15,333 nucleotides of DNA from the NCBI GenBank assembly GCA_050049995.1, contig JASFVE010000047.1, positions 1 through 15,333 of the forward strand. The letters run 5' to 3'. Below, in pieces: positions 15,165-15,333 of this stretch. Each line of letters opens with the position of its first letter. Within the stretch, counting starts at the first letter, position 1. Below the pieces are notes generated by a model that saw nothing but the letters and a program-made list of their open reading frames with translations, had not been told where the DNA came from and did no database searches. A program made the position numbers and the translations under genes. This DNA comes from Chlamydiota bacterium (GTDB lineage Bacteria > Chlamydiota > Chlamydiia > Chlamydiales > SM23-39).

Positions 15165-15272
15165 TTCCTTCAAGCAAAGAAGGAAAGAGCAACACAAAGT
15201 TGCATTGTTATCTTGACAGTAAGAAGAGAGTGCCGAGAAGAAAGTTTGTGTGGGTAATAACCCACGAATAAA
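15165..15272 (+). promoter_or_regulatory. rrn leader: boxB-like hairpins, boxA-like and boxC-like antitermination/processing elements
   Basis: TTCCTTC/GAAGGAA hairpin (15165-15185), GCAAC/GTTGC hairpin (15189-15203), boxA-like TGTTATCTTGACA (15206-15218), boxC-like TTTGTGTGGG (15245-15254), and GTGGGT/ACCCAC hairpin (15250-15265). Confidence 0.55.
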
Positions 15273-15282
15273 GTTTAATTTT

Positions 15283-15333
15283 TTTACTGAGAATTTGATC
15301 CTGGTTCAGATTGAACGCTGACGGCGTGGATGA
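15283..15333 (+). rRNA. rrs: 16S rRNA, 5' end (truncated by window edge), Chlamydiota type
   Basis: AGAATTTGATCCTGGTTCAG (27F site, 15290-15309) followed by ATTGAACGCTGACGGCGTGGATGA, which includes the chlamydial signature CGGCGTGGATGA(GGCAT). The mature 5' end is approximate. Confidence 0.97.

Noticed and set aside
1..15333. CRISPR array, IS/transposase, prophage, tRNA, toxin-antitoxin or defence system
   Set aside because: No regularly spaced repeats, terminal inverted repeats, cloverleaf or relevant protein motifs seen; the only repeats are between the two porin paralogs.

Overview
AT-rich, very compact bacterial chromosome segment from phylum Chlamydiota, most likely an environmental (non-Chlamydiaceae) lineage. 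The evidence is a chlamydial-type 16S 5' end, the lpxK-gltT-E2-kdsD gene order, and the presence of icd, gmhA and MOMP-like/Lpg1974-type porins. Contents in order: 3' end of an RluA-family pseudouridine synthase, a class I SAM methyltransferase, asd, gmhA, lpxK, a DAACS symporter, a dihydrolipoamide acyltransferase E2, an oppositely oriented icd-family dehydrogenase, kdsD, a small membrane hypothetical, an SLC13/TrkA-C permease, nhaD, two tandem paralogous outer-membrane beta-barrels each with its own promoter and terminator, and the promoter, leader and first ~50 nt of a 16S rRNA gene. I found no mobile element, CRISPR array or tRNA, and no clearly new multi-gene system; this is mostly housekeeping DNA. 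Best leads: (i) icd sits antisense inside a conserved chlamydial gene block, appears leaderless, and has non-canonical substrate and coenzyme residues; (ii) both porins carry a conserved N-terminal C-x7-CC-x19-C module; (iii) the 'GltT' lacks the acidic-substrate arginine. All family assignments come from motif recognition by eye, not from database searches.
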